Translations under genes and position numbers: made by a program
The notes under the pieces: model-generated
The model's input: the letters and a program-made list of their open reading frames with translations, nothing else
Database searches by the model: none
Told to the model about the DNA's origin: nothing
NCBI RefSeq assembly: GCF_006345805.1
Contig: NC_043012.1
Span: 40,920,001 to 40,984,000, forward strand
Source: Octopus sinensis
Lineage: Eukaryota
DNA length: 64,000 nucleotides
Direction: 5' to 3'
Part shown: positions 13,215-26,709 of the stretch, in pieces
How the letters are laid out: every line of letters starts with the position of its first letter
Position numbering within the stretch: the first letter of the stretch is position 1

Positions 13215-13281
13215 AAAAATAAGCAACAAGAATGACTCCGGTAATTTGGAATTGTCGGAGTCATTCTTGTTGCTTATTTTT
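13215..13281. repeat. Perfect 26-bp inverted repeat with 15-nt loop
   Basis: aaaaataagcaacaagaatgactccg / cggagtcattcttgttgcttattttt. Confidence 0.95.
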
Positions 13282-13398
13282 TATTATAATCACCCCGCAA
13301 ATTTTTATGGGTAATACCATAAAAAATTCTGGTGCATCTAAATTAAGTACCATATTCATTTGAATCTAAATTGTTGCTGAACTTATATATATATATAT

Positions 13399-13796
13399 CA
13401 CCTTGATCACCTTGACTGACCAGTCCGTCAGGCGTCCATTTGACACCGCTGGTCACAGCACGCTGTCCACTCCTCTCTGGATCGCGCCTTTCTCATCCAC
13501 GTGATCCCAATCGTCCTCCTGACATCATAACTCCACCGTCGTGGAGGCCTTCCGAGTGGTCTTTTCCCCTCGCGCGGGTACCACTCGACAGCTGCGTGGG
13601 TCCACCGATTATCGGTGAGCCGGGCGACGTGTCCAGCCCATCTATACTTGCTGCGTGTATACTCTGCGATGACATCTCTCACGCCGGACTTCTTTCTGAT
13701 GATCTCGCTACTGATGTGCTCTCTCAACGAGATTGCAAGCATTGACCTTTCCATGGCTCTTTGAGCCGTTACCAGTCTTTGCTCTTCTCTCTTGTG

Positions 13797-13797
<1 letters not shown>
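13399..13797 (-). mobile_element. 5'-truncated RTE-clade LINE 3' end, inserted in (TA)n
   Basis: AQRAMERSML..KYRWAGHVARLTDNRW..WYPREGKRPLGRPPRRW motif; (TA)n on both sides. Confidence 0.92.
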
Positions 13798-13853
<56 letters not shown>

Positions 13854-13963
13854 CATACATACTAACATATATTTGTGTATTATATATATTATTTATATAT
13901 ATTTATAATATTACATACACGTAATTGGCATATACATATTATATTTTGTATGCATACAATATA

Positions 13964-13997
<34 letters not shown>

Positions 13998-14036
13998 TAT
14001 ATATATATATATTATTTATTATATATTAAATAGAGA

Positions 14037-14262
14037 CAAAACCACTATTAGGCAAATCAAACAATGAAAAACTTAATCCAATACATATATATATTTAATT
14101 TATATTATTTAAATATATAACAAAATTATTAAAAAAATAATTATTAATTATATTAATTATATTTTTTAAATAATTTTGTTATATATTTAAATAATATAAA
14201 TTAAATAATATTATGTATTGGATTAAGTTTTTCATTGTTTGATTTGCCTAATAGTGGTTTTG
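14037..14262. repeat. Fold-back (near-perfect palindrome, about 110-bp arms)
   Basis: caaaaccactattaggcaaatcaaacaatg.. and its reverse complement. Confidence 0.9.
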
Positions 14263-14390
14263 AAGAGATGGCGGCATGGATTTCCGCCCCGACATCCGAA
14301 ACTCGGAGTTTATCATGGCTACCGAATAATTGACATATATTATATTTACATAAATATATATATATATATTCTATATATATATATATAACA

Positions 14391-14550
14391 TTATAATTTA
14401 GGTATCTAAGAGATACCACAACGCTGGAAATAGCAGCCAAACTTGACTCTAAAACCACTGGTGCTGTGTGAACGTTAAATGTGGTTTTAGAGTCAAGTTT
14501 TGGCTGCTATTTCCAGCGTTGTGGTATCTCTTAGATACCCTAAATTATAA
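14391..14550. repeat. Fold-back, about 68-bp arms, 22-nt loop
   Basis: ggtatctaagagataccacaacgctggaaatagcagcc.. and its reverse complement. Confidence 0.92.
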
Positions 14551-14869
14551 TTTTATATATATATATAATATAACGAAATTATAACTTTGATAGGTTTCGG
14601 CCAGTATTGGCCAGTATATATTTATATCTATGAACACGCAGAAAAATTAAACATGTACTTAAGTCCTTATATGGACAGGGTTATATCGGTTTTTGCATTT
14701 ATGCCCAAGAATATGGATTATATTGTTGAGAAGAGGAAGCATGAATACAGTTGAAGTTCTAAGTAGTTTTAGAAAGAAAGACTTAGTTTTGGTGTTGGAA
14801 AGAGTTTAGTGAAGAAGAAATTTGCTGGAAGCAGAGATAAATGGTCGGAGTTTGCGGTTAATGGACAAC

Positions 14870-16830
14870 GAGTGGTGTGTGTGTGTGAGAGAGGGAGACG
14901 TTTAGTGTAATTGTGAGAGAATGTGTGTGTGTGTTTTTGTATGTTTGTGCGTGTGTTTGGTGTGTGTGTGTGTGTGTGTGGTGTGTGTGTGTGTGAATTT
15001 AGATTATTTTGTGTGGAGTCTGACTGAAATACTAGTGACAATGAAATATGTAAAATGTGGTTGTTGGTGGCGGTGGGGAGAAACAGGGGGGAGGAGAGAA
15101 AGAGGGGGAGAGAGAGAGACAGAGTGGGAGAGAGAGGGAGAGAGAGTGGGAGAGAGAAGAAGAGAGACAAACAGAGAGAGACAGACAGACAGAAAGAGAA
15201 AGAGCAAGAGAGAGGAAGATAGGCAAAAAGAAAGAGACAGAGGCTGAGGAAGAGGTTAAGACAAAGAACGAGAAAGAGAGAGAGATACACAGACAGAAAG
15301 AGAAAGAGAGTGAGGGGTGGCAGAGAAAGAGGGGTAGAGAGTGAACGAGCGACCAAGGGAAAGATAGAAAGGGAAGAAAGAGGGTACGAGAGAGAGAGAG
15401 AGAGAGATAGAGAGAGAGATTGGGGTAAGTGAATAAGCTAAGAAGTTGGAAAGGGGAGGGCAGGCAAAGTGCCTTGTAAGAAGAGAGAAGCATGAAGGAT
15501 GCAATAAATCTTAAATAAGGGTACGGATACGGGTAGGTAGATTTTAAAGTGTGTGTGGGGAGGGCGCAGTGGCAATTTGGCAAGAGAAAAGTGTCAAAAG
15601 GGTGCAAGTGGAAGGATGGACAAGGGAAATAGGGGTGGGGGTGGGAAGGAATAAATCTTGAATAAATATTTAAAATTTTAAGAAGAAAAGAATGAAGACT
15701 TATGATTAATGACTAAAGAAGAGGAAGTGCAAAAAGTAAATTCACATCTAAGAAGGAAGAGATACAAGCAGCGGTTGCGGTGGTGGTGGTGGTGGTGGTG
15801 GTTGCGGTGGTGGTGGTGGTGGTGGTTGTGGTGGTGGCGGTGGTTGTGGTGGTGGTGGTGGTGGAAGTGGTGGTGGTGGTGGTGGTGGTGGTGGTGGTTG
15901 TGGTGGAAGTGGTGGTGGTGGTGGTTGTGGTGGTGGTTGTGGTAGTGGTGGTGGTGGTGGTGGAAGTGGTGGTGGTGTGGTGGTGGTGGTGGTGGTGGTA
16001 GTAGAGAATGGCGGGAAAATGAAGATAGAAATTGTATTGAAAGAAAGGGTTAAGAGGATGAGGAAATAAAGGATAGGTTGTGTGTGTGCGTGTGCGTGTG
16101 TGTGTGTGTGTGTGCGTGTGAGAGAAAAGAAATAGGGTGAGAGAGAGAGAGAGAGGAAGATGGAGAGAGGAAGAGGGAGAGAGGAAGATGGAGAGAGGAA
16201 GATGGAGAGAGGAAGAGGGAGAGAGCTCGTTCTATTTATGAATAGTGTGTGATCATGTTTGAATGTATGTGCGTATGTGTGCGTGCATGTGTGTGCATGT
16301 TAGTGTGTCATTGCACGATTGTCTGTGTGTGTGTGTGTGTGTGAGTGCGCCCGTGGTTGTGTGCGTGTGTGCGTATGTTAGTATGTGTGCGTACGTGTCT
16401 GTGTTTGTGGAGTAAATGTATGTGTGAACGTGTTTGTGTATGTGCGTATCAGTGCGAGTTTGCATGCTTGTGTGTGTGTGTATGTGCGCGCGTCTGTGTG
16501 TATGTGTGTGTGTGTGTGTGCATCTGTGTGTATGCGTCTGTGTGTGTGTGTGCGTGCGTGTATGTGTGCGTGTTTGTGTGTCGGTGCGCGTGTCTGTATG
16601 TGCGTGTGTGTGCGCGTCTCTGTGTGTGTGCATCTGTGTGTATGTGTGTGTATGTGTGTGTTGTGTGCGTGTATGTGTGCGTGTATGTGTGCGTGATTGT
16701 GTGTCGGTGCGCGTGTCTGTGTGCGTATGTGTGTGCGTCTCTGTGTGTGCGCATCTGTGTGTATGTGTGTGTATGATTGCGCCTGTGCGCGTGTGTATGT
16801 GTGTGTGTGTGTGTGTGTATGTGTGTGTGT
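14870..16830. repeat. Block of (TG)n, (GA)n, (GGT)n and compound TG repeats
   Basis: Direct; source of the poly-V/W/CV/HT ORFs. Confidence 0.95.
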
Positions 16831-16896
16831 ACGTATGTACTATTCGAAGTTAATGCGGGAGAGCCGAAATTCTCTTGTAAACGAACTCCATCTCAA

Positions 16897-16927
<31 letters not shown>

Positions 16928-17229
16928 CGCTTCGTTTCTTGTTATTGCTGTTGTTGTTCTTGTTGTTGATGTTGCTGCTGCTGCCGATGCGGGGAAAGAT
17001 TGTATAACAGTAAGGGGGAAAAAGGAAACAAGAAAAAAAAAACGAAAAAAAAACCCCCAGAAATATAGAGGGGAGTAAATGGGGAGAGCGAGGGCGGCGG
17101 CGATGCGAGTTACGGCAGAAGATGAAGGAAAGAAGATGAGGATTCTGAGAGGCTGAGCATACGAGTACGGGTATATTCATAAAACACTGCTAGGCTTTTC
17201 GTGTATGCACCGACCTACACAGATCTAAA

Positions 17230-17303
17230 CCCAAACATACACACACACACGCACACACACACACACACCACACACACACACATAATATACACATATACTT
17301 CTA

Positions 17304-17362
<59 letters not shown>

Positions 17363-17792
17363 ATAACAATATAGATAGATAGATACATTATACACATATT
17401 TATAAGAAATATATTTACATATACATATATTAATATATATATATAATATATATATATATGTTAATAAATAGAACATATGCATATATATAAACATATATGT
17501 ACACATATATATATAGATAGATAGATACATATACAAATATATATTTAAGTATACATATTTACATATACATACATATATATATATATGTATGTATATACAC
17601 ATGCGTATATGTATATGTATCTATGTATATATATATATGCATAAATATAAATACATACGTAGGTATAGTCTTGCCTCTTATACACAAACGCTTAAGCTGA
17701 TACTTTTCGGCTGCCTGACGTCCACAAAGATCGATTGAAGAGTTGATTTTCCTCTCTCCTCTCTCTCTCTCTCCTCTCTCTCGTTCGCTCCC

Positions 17793-17843
<51 letters not shown>

Positions 17844-17850
17844 CTCCGTG
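17230..17850. repeat. (CA)n, (TA)n and (CT)n microsatellites
   Basis: Direct. Confidence 0.9.
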
Positions 17851-17948
17851 TGTGCACATGTGTATACATTAGTTGTTGGTTGGTGTCGCCAGAGGAAAGT
17901 TACGGAGCTATAGAGAAGAAGAAGCCGTACAGAATTGTCTCTTTGCAG

Positions 17949-17989
17949 TTGTTTCGGAGATTCTACGATATCTATAGAACGAATTCAAG
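17949..17989 (+). other. Candidate 41-nt spliced exon of an unidentified host gene
   Basis: Acceptor ttgtctctttgcag| and donor aag|GTAGGT; two of three frames open. Confidence 0.3.
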
Positions 17990-18239
17990 GTAGGTGGAAA
18001 CATTATTAAACGCTAAAGAATTCTTCCTTTTCGTTTTTTTGCTCATTGGAATCATTGTGCACTGGGACAATGTCAAACGGCAGAACAGACTTTTAGGAAA
18101 GGAATTCTTGGAGATAATGCTTTTCTTTTCTTTTCTTTTCTTTTCTTTTTGAGATTGGAAGTATTCTTGTACTTTTGTGTATGATATATGACAGACTAAA
18201 ATGTCGCTTTTAAATAATTACAAGGGGTCACACATACAC

Positions 18240-18364
18240 ACATGCACAAACACATGCACACACACACACATACACACACACACACGTCTACATACAAACA
18301 GTTGCACATGCAAATTAAGAACATTCATATATATATATACACAACATATTATATATACATATAT

Positions 18365-18398
<34 letters not shown>

Positions 18399-18598
18399 CT
18401 ATATATATATATATATATATCCATTCTTGTTGCTTCTTTTCGCTTATATCACCCCACATTACTGTATTGTTAATCAGTATTGTTTTTTTGGTGATCTAAG
18501 TTAGGTACCATATTCAAGTAAATTTTTTAAATACTTGAATCTTTATTGCTCTTGTATATATTATACGTATATATATATATATGTATATATATATAATG

Positions 18599-18646
<48 letters not shown>

Positions 18647-18723
18647 CACATATACATATATATATATAATATATAAATATAAATATACACACACTATATC
18701 TGATATATTAATTTTAGAAAGAA

Positions 18724-18765
<42 letters not shown>

Positions 18766-18843
18766 CTCTTTTATATATGTAATATATGAGCATAAATATA
18801 TTATAAAAATGAATATATATGTATAAAACGTAATATATATGTA

Positions 18844-18888
<45 letters not shown>

Positions 18889-19163
18889 TATATATATATA
18901 TATAACATACATAACATACATACATATATATAGTTTTAACAGCAAAAATTTTGAAAATATAAAGAAAGAAAGCAGAGAAAAAGCATCAATTGTTAATTGC
19001 AGTCACGTGATCTGGTGATCCGACTCGAGCATGTCACAAAACACAAATGAAATACTTGAGACATAATAGAAGTCACATTAAAGTGCATAATACGTAATGT
19101 ACATAATATATCTCTCATAATAACACACTTCCATAATACACAAGCACACGGACACACACACCT

Positions 19164-19196
<33 letters not shown>

Positions 19197-19904
19197 AACA
19201 CACACACGCACAAACGCACACACAAATACACACACCTATCGTAATATATGTATATATATATATCAGTGGTTGTAACAGGTACTTGGCTTTCAGGCAGTCG
19301 CGATATTAAATTATGTGATATTCGTGAGATTGTTTTCACTTAAGTAACACTTTGGGCATTTTGTCGAATCGAGCGGCACCAGGTAATTTCTGAAGATGTC
19401 GAATATGTATCTCTGGCCCCTGGTACCCCTATCGATGCTTACCTTCAGGGAAATTTCAAAATTACTGCGCATCAATACCCGCTTATGCAAAACTTATATA
19501 CCCGCCGCTAATGTCGCTTTTTATTTGAATAGATTTGTGTGTGCATGTCTGTTGACTCTGCTGTTTAATATATGAAGGCCTCTGTGTGGATAATCGTATC
19601 TCACTGTAGTCTGTCAGCGAATCATGCTACATGTATATATCGGTACATATCTTCTTCCTCATAACGTGTGTTTGTGTACATGAATACACACACACACGCA
19701 CGCACACACACACACGCACGCACACACACACACATTATGTATGTATGTATGTATGTATATATGTATGTATGTATATATATATGTATACACACACACACAC
19801 ATATATATATAAATATTTATATGTATATATATATATATATACACACACATACCTACATATACAGACACCCAAATGCATTATAACATGTCTGCCTATATAT
19901 ACAT

Positions 19905-19973
<69 letters not shown>

Positions 19974-20573
19974 TATACACACGCACACACGCGCGCGCAC
20001 ACACACACACACGCACACACACACACACACCATATATATATATATATATATGACTAAGTGGGTGAATATCTCACTCTTACTCTCTGTCCCTGCCCCCCAC
20101 CCTATGTGTGAGAATTTATTTATCTTACAGTATCCATCAGGGTATGTTGTTTGTTATACGAGGTTAAATAAATTTATAGATATATTAATTTGAGAAAGAA
20201 TTTCAATGGGTGCCGGCTAGAATATATTAGAGGCTTTTAATTATTTGCTTCGCTGCATTGATATATGCAAATAAATATTATATTCTCTCTCACACACACA
20301 CGCACACGCACAAACACACACATGCGCGCACGCGCACTCTTACACATTTTCTTCACCCTGGCATTCTCTCTCTCTCTCTCTCACATACACACACATACGC
20401 AGCCACATACATAATAATTTTGATAAGCTACTCTCGACAGAGAACTTCGGAGTCACTGTCAATAATAAATGATATTATTATTAAATGCCTGCGTTTGTAA
20501 ACCTTATAATTCATTTAATATTCAGTGTTGAATATATGCAAAACACAGCAATTTATATATATACAACATATAT

Positions 20574-20617
<44 letters not shown>

Positions 20618-20850
20618 TAAAATTTATATATATACGTTTTTTGTGTATACATACGTACATAGATAGATATAGATAGATAGATAGAAGATAGATAGAAGAT
20701 AGATAAAGATAGATACACAGACAGATAGATAGATAGATGATATAATAGATAGATAGATGATAAGAGATAGATAGATATATAGATAGATGGTTAGATAGAT
20801 AGATAGATAGATAGATGGTTAGATAGACAAATATATGTACATATATGTAC
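18240..20850. repeat. Series of (CA)n, (TA)n, (ATGT)n and (GATA)n microsatellites with short unique spacers
   Basis: Direct. Confidence 0.9.
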
Positions 20851-22234
20851 ATTTATAAAACGGTGAATCATTTTATAGTCATTGTGTTTTATATGAAAAA
20901 ATGAAAAAAAAAAACCCCCATATATAGTAAAAAAAGTTATCTTTGCCTACCAATTCCTTTGGTTGAATATTTCTATAAGCCTGTCTATTCAAATACCTGC
21001 ATGGAGTGAATATGCGAAACATTGAGAAAGTTTTCTTCACATCAACGCTATAACAAGCGCAGCTATTGCTTGGCTGTGTGGTGAAGAAGTTCGTCTCATA
21101 ACATTATAGTATACGGTTCGATCCAAATTCGCCGCGCCTTAAAAGTGCTTGATATCACAGTTTTGTGGGCGGCCTAAATCTTATGAGGAAGATTTTGTTA
21201 ATGGAAGTTATGTGAAAGCTCGTAGGAAGAGGAACCGACTTCCCATTTTGCTTTTGTGTGTGTTGAAGTCTAAATACATCGTTCGGAGGGATAACACCAT
21301 ACGGCCGTTGAGGGATATTAGCGATGGAAGCGTGGTGTACGCATTTGGCCCGGTCTTCGGGATATCTTTGTTTCTGCCGTCCAGTAATTTCGGGGACTTT
21401 TAGAATGTGTCGCAACCGCCATTTCTTTTCTTAGATTTAATCATGAGAGAAAGAAAGATATATAACAAGGCATTTTGAAACGGACTGCTAAGTTTTTTTT
21501 TTAAGTATGGGGAAGTGAGAAAGTAAATGTTCTGACCTGGCTTGGCGTTACTGGCACACTCAAGTGGAGGGTTATATATTCCGTCCCTGAAATTGCAGAG
21601 AAGGCCATAAGAGGGGTTTGGATAAAAAGGGAAGAGTGTTGTTGGGATGCAAGCTAGGACTTCATCGTGTGGGTCAATCGGGTAAGTAGATCTGATGCTG
21701 AAAAACCCGAAACCCCATGAGACCCCAGAAATATTGCTAGCGATGCATCCCGGCGCATCCGTGATTTTTACATTATACAAATAATTATGTGAACATATAC
21801 TTAAACACACACACGCGTGCGTATAAATATATATTGCGACTGTTGGTAATATTTAGCGCTAAATATGTTAATTGAAAGGCCGCCTAATAATACGGAGAAA
21901 CACTTTATATCCGAAATTTAACCTGACTCAGGGTTTTGAGAGAATCAGCTATATGTTGAATAGTTTAAAATTTTCAACAAAAAAAATACCAAAGAAAAGT
22001 TTTCGATAATTAAATATGCCATCTACCCTGTCTGTGTGTCAGTGTCTAACTATCAATCTGCGTATATGTAAATGCACTTATATATATAAATATATATATA
22101 AAGAGGAAAATGTCCGAAACATCATAGTAATGAGGACTTTGTATTCCTCTGAGCGTTTCAAAAGACTAATTTTGAACCTGTACTTGTGCTATTGTTGGTC
22201 ATGTTTTGTTCGACACTTGCCTAAACGTGTATTT

Positions 22235-22280
22235 GTATCTATCTATCTATCTCTCTCTCTCTTTATCTATCTATCTATCT

Positions 22281-22322
<42 letters not shown>

Positions 22323-22423
22323 ATCTATCTATCTATCATCTATCTAATATCTATCTATCTATCTATCTATGTATGTATGTATTATGTATGTATGTATGTA
22401 TGTATCTATCTATTCTATCTATA

Positions 22424-22460
<37 letters not shown>

Positions 22461-22669
22461 CTCTTGCATAACCGCGTATCTGTACGTAGTGGGTTATATA
22501 TATATATATTATATATATATAATTAAAATGAGGGGTCTAAAAGACACCAACATGCCGAATAGCAGTCGAAACACTGACTATAGTACCACGTTAAATGTTC
22601 ACATCGCACCATGCTGGCCACTTGATAATTTCGACACTTAAATATCGATATTATCCTCATATATAAATT

Positions 22670-22738
<69 letters not shown>

Positions 22739-23303
22739 ATATATATATTATGTATGTATGTATGTATGTATGTATGTATGTATGTATGTATGTATACACG
22801 GATACGCTCAGAGGAATACAAAGTCCTCTGCGTTAATGTGAGGCATGCAATGCGTGCCCAAGTTATATAAATAGTTACTAGTAACAAACAAATCGGATTT
22901 TAATATAAATTAGTAAAAGAATGTTCTTATATATATATATATTAAATTAGAGATAAAACCACTATTAGGCAAATCAAACAGTGAAAATCATAAACCAATA
23001 CATAGAAATAAAATTAATTAATAAAAAAAATATATAAAATATAAAATTCAAAATTTAAATTATTTAAATTTAAAGTTAAAATTAAAAAAAATTATATATA
23101 TATATAAGTTTATCTGTATTTATCTATGTATGTGTGTGTGCATGCAAGTATGTATGTGTGTATGTATGTACATGTATGTATGTATGTATGTATGCATGCA
23201 TGTATGTATGTATGTATGTATGTATGTATGTATGTATGTATGTATGTATGTATGCATGTATGTATTTTTGTATGTATGTATGTATGTATGGATGTATGTA
23301 TGT
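22235..23303. repeat. (ATCT)n, (TA)n and (ATGT)n microsatellites
   Basis: Direct. Confidence 0.9.
22941..23015 (+). mobile_element. Single-arm relative of the 14037 fold-back sequence
   Basis: aaaaccactattaggcaaatcaaaca shared; also starts right after (TA)n. Confidence 0.75.
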
Positions 23304-23504
23304 AAGGGTCACAAGAAAGTGTGACACGGTTGTATGTTTCCAATACTCTTACGTAATTATTTCAACAGTTTGCTGAAAGCCATGTATCTGGCCTGTGAGG
23401 CTTTGAGTGTCACATCAGTTTTCTGATTAATTATTATTATCATTATTATTATTATGATGATGATGATGATGATGATGGTGATCATCATCATCATCATTAT
23501 TATT

Positions 23505-23703
23505 AGGGTCGGTCATATTCCCGGTAGGAATTATGTGGATAGCGGGTTACTACCTCTAACCTTGGGAAATCACAAATTTTCAGTAGTCGATCCTTGCCGT
23601 CCTCCAGAGGCAAAAAACCTTTCTGTAGGAGCTCTACCAAGCATTCTATTTCAATCCCCTTCAGCCATTTGTCTATATCTTGACTTACTGTTTCAACACA
23701 CTC
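23505..23703 (-). mobile_element. Short 3' fragment of an R4/Dong-like element between triplet arrays
   Basis: KWLKGIEIECLVELLQK..TARI resembles the C-terminus of the other copies; ATT/CAT arrays on both sides. Confidence 0.6.
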
Positions 23704-23861
23704 ATTATCATTATTATTATTATTATTATCATCATCATCATCATCCTCATCATCATCATTATTATTATTATTACTACTATTATTATTATTATTATTATTA
23801 TTACTTTTATTTTTCCTTCTTTCAAATTTGCTTCCATTTCTTGCCATCATTATTATTATTA

Positions 23862-23904
<43 letters not shown>

Positions 23905-23914
23905 TATTATATTA

Positions 23915-23959
<45 letters not shown>

Positions 23960-24889
23960 CATTATTATTATTATTACTATTATTATATTCTTCTGTATAT
24001 AGATAGAAGCATATATGTAATTATATGTAATTATATGTTTGCAGTGTGTACTATGCACTGCTATCTCAAAGAAAGTGCGAACCGAATGCCTAAGTAGAGT
24101 AAAAATTTAGAAATAACGATTATGGTTTATTATAGTGCAATATCGTTAATGCACAAAGCTGTAAACGCGGTGAACAATGAAACAATTATTGAACAAGCCA
24201 TTGTTCCTAGTTTAGATATAACTTGCATTATTATGCCTTGTTGCAAGCACACCATCATTGACAAACCGGTATTGAGCGGTATTTGAAATGGTTAAGTCAC
24301 GTGATCACTTGTTTGGTATCTTCTGTTGCATGAGGGGATACAGCATAGCTAGGAGTGAGATTTACTTTTACATTTAGAAGTGCAGTTAGAATTCGGTATT
24401 GCTTAGAAGCGGGTGGATGGATGTCATGGCCTTCGCCGCTATGTCGTGGCTGTCATCGTTGTTGTTGTTCTTTGTTAGCCACAAGTTAGTCATATTTCAT
24501 TCGAGCTATGACAAAGTGATTCCTTCGGTGACCATCACGTCTTTTTAGGCGAGGTTTATGCCAGGTATTTCTGCCAGATTATGAACCGTTTCTTTCGATC
24601 AAAAATACAATTTTAAACATGGACGAAATTGCAATGAAACTCGCAGGACCAGAATTGTTTCAAGCCTTGGAAGTTATTCTGAAAGGATTCCTCATAGCCA
24701 TTGCCAAAGGATAACATCATATTTTTAAGCCCCCCCCCTTCGCCACCGCACAAAACTCAGTGATGAGATACGTTCACCTCAGCTCAATCTTTCCGCTTCA
24801 GGCTTTCCAACAAACAACTCTGGAGATATTCCTTGTTATACATGTTTCATGCATTCTAATATAATGCCGTATTTTATCCATCCGTCCAT

Positions 24890-25016
24890 CCATAGCTATT
24901 TATATATCCATCCATCGATCTATCCATCGATCCATCTATCCATCCATCCATCCATCCATCCACACATACATCCATCCACACATACATACATACATACATA
25001 TACATATATCTATCTA

Positions 25017-25101
<85 letters not shown>

Positions 25102-25678
25102 GCCTGCCTGTCTGTCTGTCTGTCTGTTTGTTTGTCTGCCTGTCTGTCTGTGTGTATATATTTATGTATGTAAGTATGTATTTATCTATCTATACACACA
25201 CATATATGTATCCATAAATATACTTATTCTTATTCTTCTTATTAATATTATTATTAGCACCAGCAGTATTATTATTATTATTATTATCATTATTGTTGTC
25301 GTTGTTGTTGTTGTTGTTGTGTTGTTGTTATTATTATATTTATTATTATTATTATTATTATTATTGTTATTATTATTATTATTAGTAAATTTAGTACGTT
25401 GATTAGTAGCTTGTTATATGCAAAACGGCTACTATTTTATATAACGACTTAGATACACGGTCCTTTAGGGAACCGGAGAATATTGGCACATATCTGATGA
25501 GGGAGATTTATCTGGAAAAGCATATGTTCAGATTTCTAGTTATTTTTTGTTTGGTGTCGAATAGAACAATAGGATGTTTTCGCACTATCTGCAATCTTCA
25601 CAGTTAAAAACCTTCAAACAAATAAACGTAAAGTTATCTACATTATACATGTTACGAAAACTTTGAACCATGCTACAT

Positions 25679-25717
<39 letters not shown>

Positions 25718-26040
25718 CTCTGTCTTTCTCTCCGTCTATGTGCCATTGTATACATATATATATACATACATATATATATATATATATTATATATATATAT
25801 ATATAATATATAATATATATATTATATATATATTATATATATATATATATATGTATGTATATATATATATAATATATATATATATGTATATGTATGTATA
25901 TATATGTATATGTATGTATGTATATTATATATATATTTAATATATATATGTATATATATATATATATATATATAATTATATTATATATACATCATACACC
26001 AACATATATTACATAAGAGAGAGAGAGAGAGATAGAGGGG
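24890..26040. repeat. (CATC)n, (ATCT)n, (GTCT)n, (ATT)n, (CT)n and (TA)n microsatellites
   Basis: Direct. Confidence 0.9.
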
Positions 26041-26484
26041 GATAGAACGATAGATGTAGATATTGTAAATATATCTCGAAGTAAGATTTCTGCTTTATGT
26101 AATAAATGCCTTATACGCGTGTTGCAAATATTATCCGACATCGAACTCAATGCATCGGGTAAAGTAGTGAGTTATGTTTACTACATCAAAAGTTAGCATA
26201 TTTATTTGCTATTTCTAGCAGACCGAATCACCACATCAATGTTTCCTGGTGTTGCTTTTGATCTGTAGCTCGTACTACACACAGACCCAACTTCTGACCG
26301 GCGATTGTTAACTACTCTTTAAGGCTGCGAGAATTTTGCAGTCTTAGCCATTCAGAGACACCTGAACTGTCGACTTCATTTACACAATTGTTTTTAATAT
26401 GGTGTTAAAATTTACATTGAGATCAAAGCGCTTACAATGAAAGTACATCTTTGTAGTACCTATATTTTATATTTGCTAAACCAA

Positions 26485-26709
26485 AGGTGGTGAGCTGGCA
26501 GAATCATTAGCGTCCCGGGGAAAAATACTTAGCGGCATTTCGTCCGTCTTTATGTTCGGAGTTCAAATTCCGCGGAGGTCGACTTTGCATTTCATTTTTC
26601 CAGGCGGGGGAGGGGGCGATAAAATACGTACCAGTTAGACACTGGGGCTGATGTAATCAATGTGCCCCCTTCTCTGAAATTGCTGGCCTCCTATCAAAAT
26701 TTGAAACCG
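26485..26709 (+). mobile_element. SINE family A with 16-bp target-site duplication
   Basis: Full SINE; flanks atatttgctaaaccaa (26469) and atatttgctaatccaa (26710). Confidence 0.92.

Noticed and set aside
16890-16990. Poly-glutamine coding exon on the minus strand
   Set aside because: In-frame TAA interrupts the Q frame; the following ATG opens only 13 codons.
25493-25530. Hammerhead at CTGATGAGGGAG..GGAAAAG
   Set aside because: Stem II closure and GAAAC/stem III register are broken; at most a decayed relic.
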